A stretch of DNA of 64,000 bases from an uncultured delta proteobacterium (lineage in GTDB: Bacteria > Desulfobacterota > Desulfobacteria > Desulfobacterales > JAFDCJ01): assembly GCA_963769935.1 (NCBI GenBank), contig CAVYNY010000032.1, positions 1 through 64,000 on the forward strand, in the 5' to 3' direction. Numbering within the stretch: the first letter of the stretch is position 1; each line of letters starts with the position of its first letter. Positions 47,561-57,837 of this stretch are shown here, one piece after another. Position numbers and translations under genes: made by a program. The notes under the pieces were generated by a model that was not told where the DNA came from, made no database searches, and saw nothing but the letters and a program-made list of their open reading frames with translations.

Positions 47561-47827
47561 TTATTTCAGGTGCCCACCTACTTCCGCTTGCAAAAGCACA
47601 TCCTCGATTGCATCTACCAGGTTCCGGGCAGCCTGCTCACTGAGTTCTACAGCGACCCTGGCCCCCGGACCCAAGTCTTCGTTGACAAAATCGATATTCA
47701 AGGCATGCTCCATGGAAATATGGAAGGGGTGGTCATAGGAAACGTTGGCCTGATTGAGGGTAAACCATCCCTTTGTTCCTTTGCCGCTGCCGTCGATATT
47801 AACTTTTTTGACAATCATGGTACACAT
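47561..47827 (-). CDS. Conserved hypothetical protein (DUF6295-like)
   Basis: MCTMI..GSGKG..GWF..YDHPFH..EHALNIDF..GPGARVAVEL. Confidence 0.75.
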   Translation of the reverse strand: MCTMIVKKVNIDGSGKGTKGWFTLNQANVSYDHPFHISMEHALNIDFVNEDLGPGARVAVELSEQAARNLVDAIEDVLLQAEVGGHLK

Positions 47828-47845
47828 TTTAGTCTTCCTCTCTGA

Positions 47846-48607
47846 TCAACCGGTCGCAAGATATTTACTCAGGAAAGCGAAAATCTTCTCCCACCCATCT
47901 ACTGCCTGCTGCTGCCGGTAATTCGGTCTGTTATAGTAAAAGAAGCCGTGTCCCGCGCCCGGATACCTGTGGAATTCATAGGGCTTCCCGCACTTTTTTA
48001 ATTCTTCTTCGTGCAGAGCAACTTGTTCGGGGGCAGGGCTGGTATCTTCTTCGCCAAAGAGACCCAAAATCGGACAAGATAGATCTTTGGTGTAGTCAAG
48101 GGGAGCAACCGGATGTTTGGAGTTCAAATCCGCTTCTGTCATTACCACCCCTCCACCCCAACAATCCACGACCGCATCAAACCCTCCTACCCGGCAGGCT
48201 GCCAGATATGCATGCCGGCCGCCGGAACAAGTTCCAAACACGCCCACCTTGCCGTTGAGATAAGGCAGTGACCGCAGGTACAACATTGCTCCTTCGATAT
48301 CACGTACGGCCTGATCATCAGGAATTCCTCCATCGCCGCGAACTTTGGCGGCCACATCTTCCGGAGTCCCGTGACCTGAACGGAAATAAAGGTTAGGAGA
48401 GACAGCGGCATACCCGTGGTGAGCGAACTTGCGCGTGGCTTCCCGGTACCATTCATCCCATCCCGGCATATGGTGGGCCAAAACCAGTCCTGGAAACGGT
48501 CCGGCACCCAACGGGCGGGCAAAATAGGCATTAATCAACTCGTCATCATCACCCGAAATGCTGATCGTCTCCGCTAACATACCCTCATACATATTTGTTT
48601 GATACAT
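47846..48607 (-). CDS. Dienelactone hydrolase family protein
   Basis: GTCSGG nucleophile motif, GEED, YPGAGHGF. Confidence 0.9.
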   Translation of the reverse strand: MYQTNMYEGMLAETISISGDDDELINAYFARPLGAGPFPGLVLAHHMPGWDEWYREATRKFAHHGYAAVSPNLYFRSGHGTPEDVAAKVRGDGGIPDDQAVRDIEGAMLYLRSLPYLNGKVGVFGTCSGGRHAYLAACRVGGFDAVVDCWGGGVVMTEADLNSKHPVAPLDYTKDLSCPILGLFGEEDTSPAPEQVALHEEELKKCGKPYEFHRYPGAGHGFFYYNRPNYRQQQAVDGWEKIFAFLSKYLATG

Positions 48608-49010
48608 AATTTTCTCCTTTTGGATCGGATTGAACTTGACTCGTAAATTTTCATCCCGCTGGCGGCAGATTCTGAATTTTCCTGCCGGAGATGATTTTTA
48701 TGCGACAAGATGGAGGCGCGCCATGAAACCGGTACGGCTTCGGGTAACTTCCATTTTCCAATGCTTGTCTGCTCGGCTTTGATCGCATCCTGCAAGGAAT
48801 AAGAGAGACGGCCAGCGTCAGGCCAAGCGCAAAAAAGTCCGACGCGTTTTTTATGAGAGCTTCCTTAGAATCGATATTTGAAGGACTGCCAGGCGCGAGT
48901 GTTACGGCCGAACGCTACGGATCACCGACCGGCGGTATGGACTTGCGAACTATTACGGACGTTAACGGTAAACCCGCCGGCTGATTCCAGTCAGGTGAAC
49001 ATGATAAATC

Positions 49011-49178
49011 TTAATCACTAATCAAGATTTGACAAGAAAGCGCCTTTCCATGCTTTTGAAATAATTTCTGCGCCTCACTGGAGTTGAATTTCACGCCGGC
49101 ATCGCGCAGAATCTCCATCGATGCGTTATGGATTTGGCTGAGTTCATAGCCTCTAAAAATTTGCATGCGGTCGGTCAT
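49011..49178 (-). pseudogene. N-terminal fragment of an MttB-family methyltransferase
   Basis: Hand translation MTDRMQIF..LSQIHNASMEILRDAGVKFNSSEAQKLFQKHG, then an early stop. Confidence 0.55.
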
Positions 49179-49225
49179 AGAACATTTTCCTTATTCTTAT
49201 GCGTTGGGTAGTGTTAGGTTTCGCC

Positions 49226-50020
49226 TCAATATCTGAAGTGTTTGATCGGTTCTCCCTTTTCTTCGATTTCGGTCATGGCTTCGATGCCGATCTGAAGATG
49301 CTTGTCGGCCCAAAGCGTGGTGATCAGCTCATCCGACGCTTCGGTTTTGACACCCTCCGGCGCAACCGGCACATCCGAGACCAGCAGCAGCGCCCCTCGC
49401 GCAATCTCATTGTAGTGCCCGACGATGAAAATGGTGGCCGTTTCCATGTCGATGGCAATGCAGGTCATCTGTTTCAATTTTTCGTGGAATCGCTTGTCAT
49501 GCTCCCAGAGGCGACGGTTGGTCGTGTACACAACGCCCGTTCGATACTCCAGCCCGTGCTGGACGATTTTTTCCGAGACGAATTTATGCAGTTTGAAGGA
49601 CGGAAGGGCCGGTACTTCAGCCGGGAAATAGTCATTGCTGGTTCCTTCACCTCGAATCGCGGCAATCGGGAGAATAAAGTTGCCCAGCTCGGTAGACTTC
49701 TTAAGGCCGCCGCATTTGCCGAGAAACAACACCCCTTTCGGTTGACGGGCGCAAAGTAAATCCATGACCGTCGCAGCGTTTGGGGACCCCATACTGAAAT
49801 TGATAATCGTCAGCCCGGAATCGTTGGTTGCAGCCTGCATCGGTCTTTTTTCGCCATAAACATCGCATTTAAACCTTTCGGCGAAATCGGTCAGGTAGTA
49901 TTTGAAGTTCGTCAGAAGTATATAGTCGCCAAAAAGATCAAGCTGCATTCCGGTGTATCGCGGAAGCCAGTTTCTGGCAATCTGCAGTCGGTCTAGTACT
50001 TTCATGGATTCCATCCTCAC
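49226..50020 (-). CDS. amn: AMP nucleosidase (short form)
   Basis: NWLPRYTG, YILLTNF, GSPNAATVMDLL, LFLGKCGGL, YTTNRRLWEH, IDMETAT. Confidence 0.9.
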   Translation of the reverse strand: MRMESMKVLDRLQIARNWLPRYTGMQLDLFGDYILLTNFKYYLTDFAERFKCDVYGEKRPMQAATNDSGLTIINFSMGSPNAATVMDLLCARQPKGVLFLGKCGGLKKSTELGNFILPIAAIRGEGTSNDYFPAEVPALPSFKLHKFVSEKIVQHGLEYRTGVVYTTNRRLWEHDKRFHEKLKQMTCIAIDMETATIFIVGHYNEIARGALLLVSDVPVAPEGVKTEASDELITTLWADKHLQIGIEAMTEIEEKGEPIKHFRY

Positions 50021-50124
50021 AGCATCTCAGAGTGAAAAACCTGCAATGCAGGTTAGTACCTGAGCTTTGCTCGTAGTTTTATCATCGATGAACAAGACTG
50101 AATATCCGTAATATAGGTTATGTG

Positions 50125-50784
50125 CTATTCAAGCTTTGGGCCAGTGATTTCACACTCTTTGAATATCCGGAAGGATTCTTTCAGGTCCTTTATTTCATTT
50201 TGCAGCGATTCTACCGCCAATTCAAGTTTTTCGATCCGTTCGGCCGAAACGGGTGCAGCGGCTCTGAGCGAAGGGGCTTCCTCCGGTTCTGCAAGGGTCG
50301 CATCGCCGCCGAGCCGGTGGGCAAAGCGGGATTCCTTGCGGCCGGGAAGACGCGCAAGCCGCCGGACCAGACCCCATTCTTCAAGATTCTCCAGAGTTTT
50401 CAGCACCGCTTCCAGATCTTCGAAATTGCACAGCCGGGAGGTGCGGCTGCGGATTTCGCCGGTGGTCTGGGGTCCGCGCAACAGCAATACACACATGGCG
50501 GCAGTTTCCCGGGGCACGAAGTTGAACTTCTGCGAAAATCGTTCTTCATATTTTGGTACCCGGCTTATGTTGCTTTGATTCAACAGACCCTTTTGATCCA
50601 GGCTACCGGCGGCAGCCTCTATCGTCGGTTCGTCATAGGAACTCACCGGATCGCGGCTCGATTTCTGGTTGCAGGCATTGGTCAGGGCGTTTAACGAGAG
50701 GGGGTAATAATCCGGGGTGGACAGGGCCTTTTCCATGAGGCTGCCTAGTACCCGGACCTCAATTTCATTCAGGATAATATCCAT
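50125..50784 (-). CDS. YceH/DUF480 family protein
   Basis: EVRVLGSLMEK..TPDYYPLSLNALTNACNQKSSRDP, LLLRGPQTTGEIRSR. Confidence 0.92.
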   Translation of the reverse strand: MDIILNEIEVRVLGSLMEKALSTPDYYPLSLNALTNACNQKSSRDPVSSYDEPTIEAAAGSLDQKGLLNQSNISRVPKYEERFSQKFNFVPRETAAMCVLLLRGPQTTGEIRSRTSRLCNFEDLEAVLKTLENLEEWGLVRRLARLPGRKESRFAHRLGGDATLAEPEEAPSLRAAAPVSAERIEKLELAVESLQNEIKDLKESFRIFKECEITGPKLE

Positions 50785-50872
50785 ATATGCCTTTCTGAGG
50801 AAAAATTTGGGTCGTCTTCATTTTTGACAGAATATAGTATACTTCGAATCTAAAAACAGGTTCTTATTCCAA

Positions 50873-52051
50873 TTAATTCTTTACTATAATTTTTTCAATC
50901 GTTCGGCTTAACAGACGCAGATCCTGCAGCGCACCCATGGGCAAAAAGTAATCCACATAGGGCAGGGCGGTGCGCATCCCCTGGCAGATCGGCCGGTAGT
51001 CCCTGGTCCTCAGCAGCGGATTCAGCCAGATGATCTTATGGGTCCGACGCTTGAGCAGGGCCATCTGAGCTTCTAAAAGGTCTACTTCCCCGCGGTCCCA
51101 GCCGTCGCTGAAGATCATGACGATATCTTTGCCCGACAGCAGCCGCCGGCCGTAGCTTTCGGAAAAGCTGCTCAGACAGTGGCCGATTCTGGTGCCCCCG
51201 CCCCAATCCGGAACAACCTCAGGCAGCCGCTTCCAGGCCGCCGAAAAATCGCCGGCGTCAAATAACCCGGTGGCGCGGGAAAGACCGGTCGAAAAAAAGA
51301 AAATTTCCGTGCGGCGATCAACCCGCTTCAGCGCGTGGATGAACTGCAGGATCATAAGGGTATAAACATCCATGGACCCGCTGACGTCGCAAAAAAAGAC
51401 CACCCGGCGCTTTTTTGTTTTGCGCTTCTTATAGTCCAGGAATATGAGTTCCCCGCCGAACTGCATGTTTTTGCGCAGTATTCTTCTCAAAGAAATCTGC
51501 CTGCCGTGCATCGTGTATTGAAGACGCCGGGACGGGCGGTTTCTGACGGGCAGCAGCATTTGACGGATCGTTTCATACAAGTCCCGGGAGGCCGCAAATT
51601 CAAGCTCGCGGGCTGCACTCGTTTTGTTCAGCGAGTCCGGGCTGTAGCGGATGGCTCCCGGCTGTTTCGAAGCCGGTTCATCCGGACCAGGAAGCCCGAA
51701 ATCATTGCGGGTTTTCGTTCCGGCAGATTGCAGTTCGTCGTCCTGCGGGAGATCCTGGATGCTTTCAGCGGCGGACGTTTGGGCGGTGCGATATTTGCCG
51801 AGCCAGAAGGTATTAAACAACCGGTCGAATACAACAATATCTTTCCTGCGGCAAATGAGGCAGGTCTGCAGCAGACACCTGAATTGGTTCGGGTTGAAAA
51901 TATCGATCAGGGGCAGACCCTGGAGGGCATCTAAAACGGCGGGCAGGGAGACTGCGGCCCCATTGTCTCGCAGCAGATGGGAGAAGCCGGTGATGTTCTC
52001 GACCAATCCTGCGCCGGTTGGCCGGGGTTTTGCGGTAATTTTATCGGGCAT
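50873..52051 (-). CDS. VWA-domain CoxE-like protein
   Basis: CDVSGSM, DWGGGTRIG, FSDGWDRG, IIWLNPL. Confidence 0.9.
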   Translation of the reverse strand: MPDKITAKPRPTGAGLVENITGFSHLLRDNGAAVSLPAVLDALQGLPLIDIFNPNQFRCLLQTCLICRRKDIVVFDRLFNTFWLGKYRTAQTSAAESIQDLPQDDELQSAGTKTRNDFGLPGPDEPASKQPGAIRYSPDSLNKTSAARELEFAASRDLYETIRQMLLPVRNRPSRRLQYTMHGRQISLRRILRKNMQFGGELIFLDYKKRKTKKRRVVFFCDVSGSMDVYTLMILQFIHALKRVDRRTEIFFFSTGLSRATGLFDAGDFSAAWKRLPEVVPDWGGGTRIGHCLSSFSESYGRRLLSGKDIVMIFSDGWDRGEVDLLEAQMALLKRRTHKIIWLNPLLRTRDYRPICQGMRTALPYVDYFLPMGALQDLRLLSRTIEKIIVKN

Positions 52052-52970
52052 TGGAGTCTGAATAGGAAGTCAACAGCCGGGTTCGTTTGCCCGGGTCGGT
52101 CCAGATGTTCGATTTAAACTTTTGAATGTCTTCACGGTATTTGAAGATGCAGCCCAGCGTAATTTCAACCGTGTCTTCATCCAGCCCATGGCGCTGGAGT
52201 TTGATCAGGGCCTCCGCCCAGTCCAGGGTTTCGGAAATACCCGGCTTTTTCGTGAACTCTTCCCGGCGGATATTCTGCATGAAGATGGCAACCTGATGGG
52301 CCAGAGATTCCGCGATGTCCGGCACCCTGGCTTGAATAATCTGCAGCTCTTTGTCCAGGTCCGGATAGTCGATCCAGTGGTAAAGACATCGCCGCTTGAG
52401 GGCGTCATGAATGTCGCGCGTTCGATTGGAGGTGATCACGACCATGGGCTTGTGGGCGGCCTTCAGGGTACCGATCTCAGGAATTGAAACCTGAAATTCC
52501 GAAAGAATCTCCAGCAGAAAGGCTTCGAACTCCTCATCGGCGCGGTCCAGTTCATCAATCAGGAGAACCGGCGGGGTGCCCTGGGAGTTCAAGATGGCTT
52601 CCAGCAGCGGCCGTTTCACAAGATACGGCTCACTGTAGATGACATCGCCCATTTCTTCCGGCGAGAGATTGCACTGCTCGTCCATTTTAATGCGCAGCAG
52701 CTGCTTGGGATAATTCCATTCGTACAATGCCGTATTGGCATCCAGTCCTTCGTAGCACTGGAGTCTGATCAGTTTGGCAGCGAGGATGTCTGAAAGGACG
52801 ATCGCAACTTCCGTTTTGCCGACCCCCGGCTCTCCCTCCAGAAATACGGGCTTGTTAAGATGGTAGGCCAGATAAATGACCGTTGCCAGGGATTGATCGG
52901 CAATATAGCGTCGGGCGGCCATATGTTCGCGGATCGCGTCGATGGAGGTAAAACGGTCAGAACTGGTCAT
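52041..52970 (-). CDS. MoxR/CoxD AAA+ ATPase
   Basis: LEGEPGVGKT, LQCYEGLD..ALYEWNY, LLIDELDRADEEFEAFLLE, HDALKRRC. Confidence 0.92.
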   Translation of the reverse strand: MTSSDRFTSIDAIREHMAARRYIADQSLATVIYLAYHLNKPVFLEGEPGVGKTEVAIVLSDILAAKLIRLQCYEGLDANTALYEWNYPKQLLRIKMDEQCNLSPEEMGDVIYSEPYLVKRPLLEAILNSQGTPPVLLIDELDRADEEFEAFLLEILSEFQVSIPEIGTLKAAHKPMVVITSNRTRDIHDALKRRCLYHWIDYPDLDKELQIIQARVPDIAESLAHQVAIFMQNIRREEFTKKPGISETLDWAEALIKLQRHGLDEDTVEITLGCIFKYREDIQKFKSNIWTDPGKRTRLLTSYSDSNAR

Positions 52971-53046
52971 GCGTAGGGCCTCATTTAGCTTTGTCGTAAA
53001 ATAGTTTGTTTGGGTATCAATTTGTTTGGGTTTCAGGTGCCGGCAC

Positions 53047-53290
53047 AAATCAAAATCACAAATTCCAACTCACAAATTTCAAATAAATTACAATAACCGA
53101 AATTCAAAATTCCAAACGGAATTTCATCTGCTTGGGGATTGCTTCAGATAGATACATCCTCTTTCATCGGGAAAGCACGAAAAAAATAATTTTTTAGCTG
53201 TATTTCTCGGTTCGGCTCGTTTCGGTCATTTAGTATTGTGATTTGGGATTTATTTGTAATTTGGTGCTTGGAGCTTGGGATTTATGCATT
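53047..53290. repeat. Intergenic inverted repeat built of degenerate AAATYMC-type heptamers; similar element at 60705-60842
   Basis: AAATCACAAATTCCAA.. arm paired with TTTGGGATTTATTTG..TTTGGTGCTTG arm. Confidence 0.6.
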
Positions 53291-53408
53291 TTGATGTTGG
53301 GACTTATACCTTTCCGGCTGTGCTTCGTCTTTAGTTCCGGCATTCTGGGATTCGACATGATGCCCGCCTGGTTTGCCTGCAGTCTCTTACAGGTAACGGA
53401 TTTTCAGA

Positions 53409-53897
53409 TCAATAGAAGGGGAACTTCTCCCAGAATTCTTTGTCATTTTTTTTCCAGTCCGGGCCGAATCTTTTTTCGAAAAATGACCCCATCCGGTCGT
53501 ACCAGCGGATCCAGGGGTTTTTCCCCATTTCCCGGGCCTGCAGGATATCGTCCAAATAAGGTTCAATATCGCTCATTTCTTCCTTGGGAAAATAGGAGGC
53601 CGCACCCTCTTTGCAGGATTTGACGAGGCTCTCGGGAGACAAGGCATGGGCGGTCAACATGACGGCTGTCATTTTCTTTTGAGCGGCAATTTTCAGCAGG
53701 TCGAAACCCCTGACGCCCATAATGTCCAGGATAACCAGATCGAAGTATTTATCCTGCAGATACGCTTCGGCTTCTTCGAAGCTCGATGCTTTCGTAACCT
53801 GACACGACGATAGAATCTCTTCCAGAGCGTCGAGCACATCCGGTTCATCATCGACAATCAAAATGCGTTTGCCTTCCAGGTACTTATATTCCGACAT
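53409..53897 (-). CDS. Response regulator (receiver + short C-terminal tail)
   Basis: ILIVDDE, LDIMGV, MLTAHA, FPKE. Confidence 0.88.
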   Translation of the reverse strand: MSEYKYLEGKRILIVDDEPDVLDALEEILSSCQVTKASSFEEAEAYLQDKYFDLVILDIMGVRGFDLLKIAAQKKMTAVMLTAHALSPESLVKSCKEGAASYFPKEEMSDIEPYLDDILQAREMGKNPWIRWYDRMGSFFEKRFGPDWKKNDKEFWEKFPFY

Positions 53898-54009
53898 GAT
53901 AGGTTCTCTGTGGTTTTTTTAACCCAATTGGTTTGGCCATTAAGGCAATGAGCCGCGAAGGTTAAGGCATTGCTTTTTTGGATCTAAAATTTGGATAAAA
54001 TCCCCTTCT

Positions 54010-54060
54010 TCTTTTATCTTCTAATCTTCTAATCTTCTGATCTTCTTATCTTCTAACCTT
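54010..54060. repeat. Tandem 8-mer (TCTTCTAA-like) repeat
   Basis: TCTTCTAA TCTTCTAA TCTTCTGA TCTTCTTA TCTTCTAA. Confidence 0.7.
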
Positions 54061-54063
54061 CAC

Positions 54064-54825
54064 TCAACCGGTGACGGGAATCTCCTTGATACAGCGAAAT
54101 CCGAGCCATTGGGCGCCGTTGACGGGATCTTCCGGCGTCCAGCGGCAAGTCACCCTGACAAAGGTGGCCGAACCCAGAAAGCAGCCCCCCCGCATCGGCA
54201 GGCTGCCCTTGAGCCATTCCCCTTCACATATCTCCCAGACATTGCCGCACATATCATAGCAGCCATAAGGGCTGATGCCCCGGTCGAATATGCCTATTTC
54301 AGATGTCAGCTGCAAATCGTACTCCCTGGAATTGCAGTTGTTCGGCAAGAACTCGCGGCCCCAGGCCCACCAGCGGCCGTCGGACCCGCGGCCGGCCTTT
54401 TCCCAGTGTTTTTCCGTGGGAAGGGTTTTGCCCGCCCAGCTTGCATAGGCCCGGGCATCGTCCCAGCCGACGAATACAACCGGCTGCATCGGTTTGCCCC
54501 ATTCAGGGTGATTGATCAGCATCGGCCGGCGGTGTCCGGTCGCTTCGATGAACCTGCGGTACTGGTAGTTTGTAACCGGATACCGGTCGATATAATAAGA
54601 ATCGAGATACTCCATGCGTGCGGGTATTTCCGTGGCAAACACCGGATTTTCGCGATCATCCAGCATAAATATCTGGTAGATCGCTTCCTCCTCCATTCCC
54701 ATGGTAAATTCACCGGCCGGAACCAGCACCATCTCGGCATTGTCAATGGGCGCGACGACGGCCTCCGGCAAAGGGCCGGGGCCCAACATACGCCTTATGT
54801 CCCATCTATCTTCCATTTTGACCAA
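54064..54825 (-). CDS. FGE-sulfatase (SUMF1) domain protein
   Basis: MVLVPAGEFTMG, YPVTNYQY, LPTEKHWEKAGRG, YDMCGNVWE, LGFRC. Confidence 0.9.
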   Translation of the reverse strand: MVKMEDRWDIRRMLGPGPLPEAVVAPIDNAEMVLVPAGEFTMGMEEEAIYQIFMLDDRENPVFATEIPARMEYLDSYYIDRYPVTNYQYRRFIEATGHRRPMLINHPEWGKPMQPVVFVGWDDARAYASWAGKTLPTEKHWEKAGRGSDGRWWAWGREFLPNNCNSREYDLQLTSEIGIFDRGISPYGCYDMCGNVWEICEGEWLKGSLPMRGGCFLGSATFVRVTCRWTPEDPVNGAQWLGFRCIKEIPVTG

Positions 54826-55031
54826 CCGAATACGCCCGGAAAATTTTTTTCATTATTCCAAAACTCCGGTACTCCAACACTCCTGAGGTCTAATTCAAAG
54901 GTCCCCCTTTGGGGTCGGATTCCCTCGCCTCTTATGAAAGCGGCATCCTGCCAACCGGCGGTTTCAGATTACAAAATAATCAGCGGTAAAGCAATCAAGA
55001 AATTTTTTCGGGGCGTATCGAAAGAATATGC

Positions 55032-55081
55032 TTGACAACCCGGGCGGAAAGCCGTACTTTGTTATGAGCATATACTCATAA
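55032..55081 (+). promoter_or_regulatory. sigma70 promoter with an adjacent palindromic operator
   Basis: TTGACA (55032)-17 nt-TACTTT (55055), then TTATGAGCATATACTCATAA (55062-55081). Confidence 0.75.
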
Positions 55082-55115
55082 AGGGGGAAAACAGGGAAAA
55101 ACAAGGAGATGAATT

Positions 55116-55544
55116 ATGAAATTAGCCATTAGCACAATCGGCCAGGATTTGCAAGCCCGACTGGATCCTCGTTTTGGAAGATGTTCCTATTTCCTGATTG
55201 TCGATCCGGACACCATGGAATTTGAGGCTTTCGCCAATGAATATGCCACCCTGGGCAGCGGCGCCGGTGTTCAAGCAGCCCAGTTCGTAGCCTCCAAGGG
55301 CGCCGTAGCGGTGATTACCGGACATTGCGGTCCGAGAGCCATGGACGTGCTTTCTGCAAGCGGGATCAAGGTGTTTGCCGGACAGGACGGCAGCGCCAAT
55401 GATGTTGTAAGCGCTTACAAAAATGGTGATTTGACCCCCACAACTGTTGCAACAACCGGGGTTCATGCCGGAATGGGAGGCAGGCGCGGATCGGGTCGGG
55501 GTATGGGTCGTGGCCAGGGAAGCAGACAAGGCCAAGGCAGGTGA
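55116..55544 (+). CDS. NifB/NifX-family protein
   Basis: DPRFGRCSYF, GAGVQAAQ, ITGHCGPRA; Gly/Arg tail. Confidence 0.9.
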   Translation: MKLAISTIGQDLQARLDPRFGRCSYFLIVDPDTMEFEAFANEYATLGSGAGVQAAQFVASKGAVAVITGHCGPRAMDVLSASGIKVFAGQDGSANDVVSAYKNGDLTPTTVATTGVHAGMGGRRGSGRGMGRGQGSRQGQGR

Positions 55545-55627
55545 GGCCGATATCCGGCAGAGGGCGGGCCGAATTTAGAGAGCGGGACGAAACAGATAAG
55601 TAATTACGAATTGGAGCACTAAGTGAT

Positions 55628-56479
55628 ATGATCATCAGCGTTGCCAGTGGAAAAGGGGGGACCGGAAAAACGATGGTGTCGACGAATCTGGCCGTGTCCC
55701 TGGGGTCTAACGTTCAGTTGCTGGACTGTGATGTCGAGCAGCCCAATGCACATTTATTTATGCGTCCGGTTTTTGAACGAACCGAAACCGTTACAACCCC
55801 GGTTCCCGAAATCGATCCGGACAAATGCACCCTTTGCGGCAAATGCAGTGAAATATGCCGCTTTAACGCCATCGTCATCGTCGCTGAAACAGTTTTGCCC
55901 TTTGAAGAATTATGCCACAGTTGCGGCGGCTGCCTGGCGGTCTGTCCTGAAAAGGCCATTACCGAAAAAGGCCGCGAAATGGGTGTTATCCAAACCGGCC
56001 GCTGCAACGGTGTCGGCTTCATTCACGGCATATTAAGAGTGGGTGAAGCCATGTCGCCGCCGTTGATAAAAAAGGTGCTGTCTTTTGCGGATCCGGCTCA
56101 GCTCAATATCGTGGATGCCCCGCCGGGGACATCATGTCCGGTCATCGAAACCATGAAAAGAGCCGATTTCATTCTGCTGGTAACCGAGCCGACCCCATTC
56201 GGCCTTCATGATCTGAAACTGGCGGTCGAGGCGGCCCGGATTCTGAATATCCCCTGCGGTCTGTTAATCAACCGCTCTGATTTAGGAGACAATCAGGTTA
56301 AAGCGTATGCCGACCGGGAAAATCTGCCGGTTCTCATGGAGATTCCCTATGATCGGCGGATCGCCGAGGCCTATTCCAGAGGGGAACTGATTGTGGAAGC
56401 AATGCCGGAATGGAAGAAGAAATTCTGTGAGCTTTATCAAAAGATAAGGCAGTTGGTAGATGAAACTAAAAGTGTTTAG
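55628..56479 (+). CDS. MinD-like P-loop ATPase with inserted ferredoxin domain
   Basis: SGKGGTGKT, CTLCGKCSEIC, CHSCGGCLAVC, DAPPGTSCPV. Confidence 0.9.
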   Translation: MIISVASGKGGTGKTMVSTNLAVSLGSNVQLLDCDVEQPNAHLFMRPVFERTETVTTPVPEIDPDKCTLCGKCSEICRFNAIVIVAETVLPFEELCHSCGGCLAVCPEKAITEKGREMGVIQTGRCNGVGFIHGILRVGEAMSPPLIKKVLSFADPAQLNIVDAPPGTSCPVIETMKRADFILLVTEPTPFGLHDLKLAVEAARILNIPCGLLINRSDLGDNQVKAYADRENLPVLMEIPYDRRIAEAYSRGELIVEAMPEWKKKFCELYQKIRQLVDETKSV

Positions 56480-56512
56480 TGTTTGGTGTATAGGGAAGGT
56501 GGAAACCTGTCT

Positions 56513-57379
56513 ATGAAAGAATTGGTAATTATAAGCGGGAAAGGCGGTACCGGCAAGACCAGTTTAGTGGCTGCCTTCGCATCCCTGGCGGAAAAAAAGG
56601 TTCTGTGTGATGCGGACGTGGATGCCGCCGATCTGCATTTAATAATGAATCCTAAGGTGGTCCGGCAGAGTGATTTTCAGTCGGGCAATACGGCTGTCAT
56701 CGACAATGACCGCTGCACGGGATGCGGCCTGTGCCGTGAATTGTGCCGCTGGGATGCCATCAGCGAGGATTATAAAGTCAATCCGATCGACTGTGAAGGC
56801 TGCGGGGTCTGCGTCTATTTTTGCCCGGAAAATGCGATCGATTTTCCGGAAAATACGTGCGGTGAGTGGTTTGTCTCGGACACCCGGTTCGGCCCCATGG
56901 TGCATGCCCGGCTGGGCATCGCTGAAGAAAATTCAGGCAAGCTGGTTACCCTGGTGCGGAAGGAAGCCGGCAAGCTGGCCGAAAAAAGGGATCTTGATTT
57001 AATCCTAACCGACGGCCCGCCCGGGGTGGGGTGTCCGGTAATTGCATCCATCGGCGGCGCTGCTGCCGTGCTGATCGTAACCGAGCCCACCGTTTCGGGC
57101 ATTCATGATATGGAGCGGGTGGCCCAGCTGGCAGCCCATTTCAGGGTGCCGGCCCTGGTCTGTGTCAACAAGTTTGATCTCAACCTGGAGCTGACCCGGA
57201 AGATTGAAAAGTATGCCGCAGAGCACAACATAACCTGCCTGGGACGTATTGCCTTTGATCCCATTTTCACCAGAGCCATGGTCCAGGCCCAAACCGTTTT
57301 TGAATACAGCAATGGATCACAGGTAAAACAGGAAATAGAAGCAATTTGGCAGGGGATAAAAAAAATGCTAAAAATATAA
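56513..57379 (+). CDS. MinD-like P-loop ATPase with inserted ferredoxin domain (paralog)
   Basis: SGKGGTGKT, CTGCGLCRELC, CEGCGVCVYFC, DGPPGVGCPV. Confidence 0.9.
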   Translation: MKELVIISGKGGTGKTSLVAAFASLAEKKVLCDADVDAADLHLIMNPKVVRQSDFQSGNTAVIDNDRCTGCGLCRELCRWDAISEDYKVNPIDCEGCGVCVYFCPENAIDFPENTCGEWFVSDTRFGPMVHARLGIAEENSGKLVTLVRKEAGKLAEKRDLDLILTDGPPGVGCPVIASIGGAAAVLIVTEPTVSGIHDMERVAQLAAHFRVPALVCVNKFDLNLELTRKIEKYAAEHNITCLGRIAFDPIFTRAMVQAQTVFEYSNGSQVKQEIEAIWQGIKKMLKI

Positions 57380-57440
57380 AAACGCATTCGTTTTAATTCG
57401 TGGTTTTTTCAAACATCTTAATTAATAGGAGGAATACCCA

Positions 57441-57773
57441 ATGAAATTCGCCGTACCTTTAGCTGAAGGAAAACTTACCGCTCATTTTGGACATTGCAAG
57501 GAATTTGCACTGGTTGATGTGAATAATAATGAGATCACGCAAAATGAGACCCTTGTGCCGCCGCCCCATGAACCCGGTGTGCTGCCCAAATGGCTCCACG
57601 AAATGGGCGCCGATGTTATCATTGCCGGCGGCATGGGTGCCAGGGCCATGGATCTTTTTACGCAAAACGGCATCAAGGTGATTGTGGGCGCGCCGTCATT
57701 GACGCCGGAAGAACTGGTCAAACTGTATCTCGACAACAAACTGCAATCCGGCAGCAACGTCTGTGATCACTAG
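57441..57773 (+). CDS. NifB/NifX-family protein
   Basis: AHFGHC, PPHEPGVLP, IAGGMG, NVCDH. Confidence 0.9.
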   Translation: MKFAVPLAEGKLTAHFGHCKEFALVDVNNNEITQNETLVPPPHEPGVLPKWLHEMGADVIIAGGMGARAMDLFTQNGIKVIVGAPSLTPEELVKLYLDNKLQSGSNVCDH

Positions 57774-57837
57774 CGAATAAGAGGTCAGTCCGGCCGTGGC
57801 CAAAACAACGGCCGGTCTGATCAAAAAAGAAACCTTT

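Noticed and set aside
46445..47845. Long + strand ORF (466 aa), and similar antisense ORFs such as 58394..59425 and 54109..55035
   Set aside because: They lie antisense to well-supported genes in GC-rich coding DNA and have no recognisable motifs.
48905..49220. attC-like ends (GCCGAAC ... GTTAGGT) suggesting integron cassettes
   Set aside because: Degenerate pairing, no array and no integrase in the window.
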